A program made the translations under genes and the position numbers. Below are positions 62,379-64,000 of a stretch of DNA of 64,000 nucleotides, in pieces (the stretch's first letter is position 1; each line of letters opens with the position of its first letter). Below the pieces are notes generated by a model, which saw nothing but the letters and a program-made list of their open reading frames with translations, did not search any database and was not told the DNA's origin. The DNA comes from Synechococcus sp. (lineage in GTDB: Bacteria > Cyanobacteriota > Cyanobacteriia > Thermostichales > PCC-7336): NCBI GenBank assembly GCA_051439425.1, contig JBFRWD010000178.1, positions 1 through 64,000 of the forward strand, in the 5' to 3' direction.

Positions 62379-63503
62379 ATGGCTCGCTCTGGTTTTACTC
62401 TGCCTGTGTTTGCAGTTGCTGCGGCCAAAGCGGCCCTGCTGCTCTTGATGGAGCAAGATGAGCCTCAAAGGGCAAAAAACACGCAGACTGTTGAGTTAGA
62501 TATCATGCCGGATCGAGTCGATGCAGAACCCGTTGTAATCAATATCGAGCAAGTAGCAGTACTGGCTGAGTTAAGTTCTGAAGGTGGGCAAGCGTTGGCG
62601 ATCGCTCGCAGTGACCCCGGAGACAACCTCGATCTGACCCGTAACACCCCGATTTGGGCCTACGTTCGCCTCATTCCCAGAGAAGACTCTGTGCTGGTAC
62701 TGGAAGCTGGAGAGGGGCTGGGACAGTCTGCAGATGGGGAACCAGCAATTTATAGATATGCCAAGCAGTTGTTTGCTGTCAATGTCGAGCCGGTGGTGCC
62801 TGAGCGATGGACAGCAATAGTTCGCATCATCCTGCCGGAAGGGCGACAACTGGCGCAGCGCACGTCTAACGAGGCGTTTGGAGTACTAGAGGGACTTGCC
62901 CTCTTGGGCACGAGTGGTATTTCCAAGCCACTAGCAGCCACCGATGCCCTAAGGTCATTTCGCTCGCAACTACAGGAGCGAGCGGCCTCCTCGCAAGATT
63001 TGGTCTTTTGTATTGGTAGTAATGGGCAACGGGTGGCGACTGGCCTGGGCATCCCTGACGGTCGGGTCATCCCAACAGCCAATTGGGTGGGAGCCATGCT
63101 GGTTGAGGCGGCTCTATTAGACGTACGCTCGGTATTGCTGATTGGCTATCACGGTAAATTACTCAAGCTGGCAGGAGGAATTTTTCACACCTCCAGTCAT
63201 ATAGCCGATGCGAAACTGGAAATTCTGGCGGCGGAGGCCCTGCGGGTAGGCTGCAATAGGACTTTGGTGCGCTCGCTTTTGGATGCAGCGACAGCAGACG
63301 ATGCTCGATTATTGCTTGCGCAAGCGGGGTGGTCCGATCGCGTGTTTGAAAAATTGAGTCAACGTATTGAAGACAAGGCCACATCATACGTGCAAAAGTA
63401 CAGCGATCGCCCGTTAGACATCGGCGTCATTCTATTTGACCGGACGGGCGAATTAGTGGTGCAGACCGATCGAGCTAGTCGGTTGTTGGCAGCAATGGCC
63501 TGA
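62379..63503 (+). CDS. cbiD: Cobalt-precorrin-5B C1-methyltransferase
   Basis: SGFTLPVFAVAAAKAA, RSDPGDNLDLTR, RTSNEAFGVLEGLALLGTSG, GYHGKLLKLAGGIFHTSSH.AD. Confidence 0.95.
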   Translation: MARSGFTLPVFAVAAAKAALLLLMEQDEPQRAKNTQTVELDIMPDRVDAEPVVINIEQVAVLAELSSEGGQALAIARSDPGDNLDLTRNTPIWAYVRLIPREDSVLVLEAGEGLGQSADGEPAIYRYAKQLFAVNVEPVVPERWTAIVRIILPEGRQLAQRTSNEAFGVLEGLALLGTSGISKPLAATDALRSFRSQLQERAASSQDLVFCIGSNGQRVATGLGIPDGRVIPTANWVGAMLVEAALLDVRSVLLIGYHGKLLKLAGGIFHTSSHIADAKLEILAAEALRVGCNRTLVRSLLDAATADDARLLLAQAGWSDRVFEKLSQRIEDKATSYVQKYSDRPLDIGVILFDRTGELVVQTDRASRLLAAMA

Positions 63504-63561
63504 CAGTTTGCCCGTTACAATCCCTAGATACAATGACAAAACCCTTTCTCGCAGGCCCACT

Positions 63562-64000
63562 ATGTCCGCCAACGCGACTGCCAATAAACGTCCTCAAAAT
63601 GATAAGCACCGCCAAAAAATGGAGCGCCGCAAGCAGGTGCAGGACGAGCGGCTGGCGCAAATGACCAACCAAAAAGGATTGGTCATCATTAACACCGGCG
63701 ATGGTAAAGGGAAAAGCTCTGCTGCGTTTGGTGTGGTTTTTCGGGCCTTGGGACACGGTCTAAAAGTGGGTGTGGTGCAGTTTATTAAAGGGGCTTGGGA
63801 GCCTGGAGAGGCCAAGCTACTCAAATCCATGGATTCCGAATTGGTGGAATTTCACGCCCTGGGTGAGGGGTTCACCTGGGAAACGCAGGATCGAGATCGC
63901 GACATTGCCAACGTACAGCGGGCTTGGGACAAAAGCCTGGAGATGATTGTCAGCAATACCTTTCACGTCGTGCTGCTGGATGAAATTAACATCGCTATCA
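63562..64000 (+). CDS. cobO: Cob(I)yrinic acid a,c-diamide adenosyltransferase (runs off window end; not in ORF track)
   Basis: Manual translation: KGLVIINTGDGKGKSSAAFG..RALGHG..VVQFIKG..GEGFTWETQDR..VLLDEIN. Confidence 0.95.
   Translation, partial: MSANATANKRPQNDKHRQKMERRKQVQDERLAQMTNQKGLVIINTGDGKGKSSAAFGVVFRALGHGLKVGVVQFIKGAWEPGEAKLLKSMDSELVEFHALGEGFTWETQDRDRDIANVQRAWDKSLEMIVSNTFHVVLLDEINIAI

Overview
Chromosomal segment of a beta-cyanobacterium, shown by Form IB rbcL-rbcX-rbcS, ycf4, ycf39, sqdB, opcA, petH and frequent HIP1 GCGATCGC octamers. The first ~7.9 kb is an accessory region: a phnD-phnC-phnE-phnM operon with no C-P lyase core, among IS5, IS630, IS200/IS605 and IS6 remnants. Next come sqdB, lgt and a ParA + coiled-coil pair with the hallmarks of McdA/McdB (carboxysome positioning). 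The standout feature is an ~8.5 kb divergent haem-protein cluster (13658-22182). One arm encodes a dedicated, non-housekeeping-size System II cytochrome c maturase (ResB-like + long CcsA). The other arm encodes a tail-anchored globin, two translationally coupled multihaem c-type cytochromes (5+6 haem motifs, one an atypical CX4CH), a DUF3365-like monohaem lipoprotein, a 4-His cytochrome b-like membrane protein and a TxlA/ResA-like thioredoxin. The intergenic region holds two NtcA-type boxes, one in a perfect GTA-N8-TAC-N22-TAN3T promoter. I infer a nitrogen-regulated membrane electron-transfer module for nitrite/NO chemistry; the function is untested. The rest is mostly core genes (rbcLXS, trpC, rbsK, glgP, acs, short-form petH, pyrR, cbiD, cobO). 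It also contains two families of ~95-100 bp MITE-like repeats, a heptamer STRR array and a radical SAM/SPASM gene broken at a C homopolymer. All family calls are from motif recognition by eye; no database searches were run.
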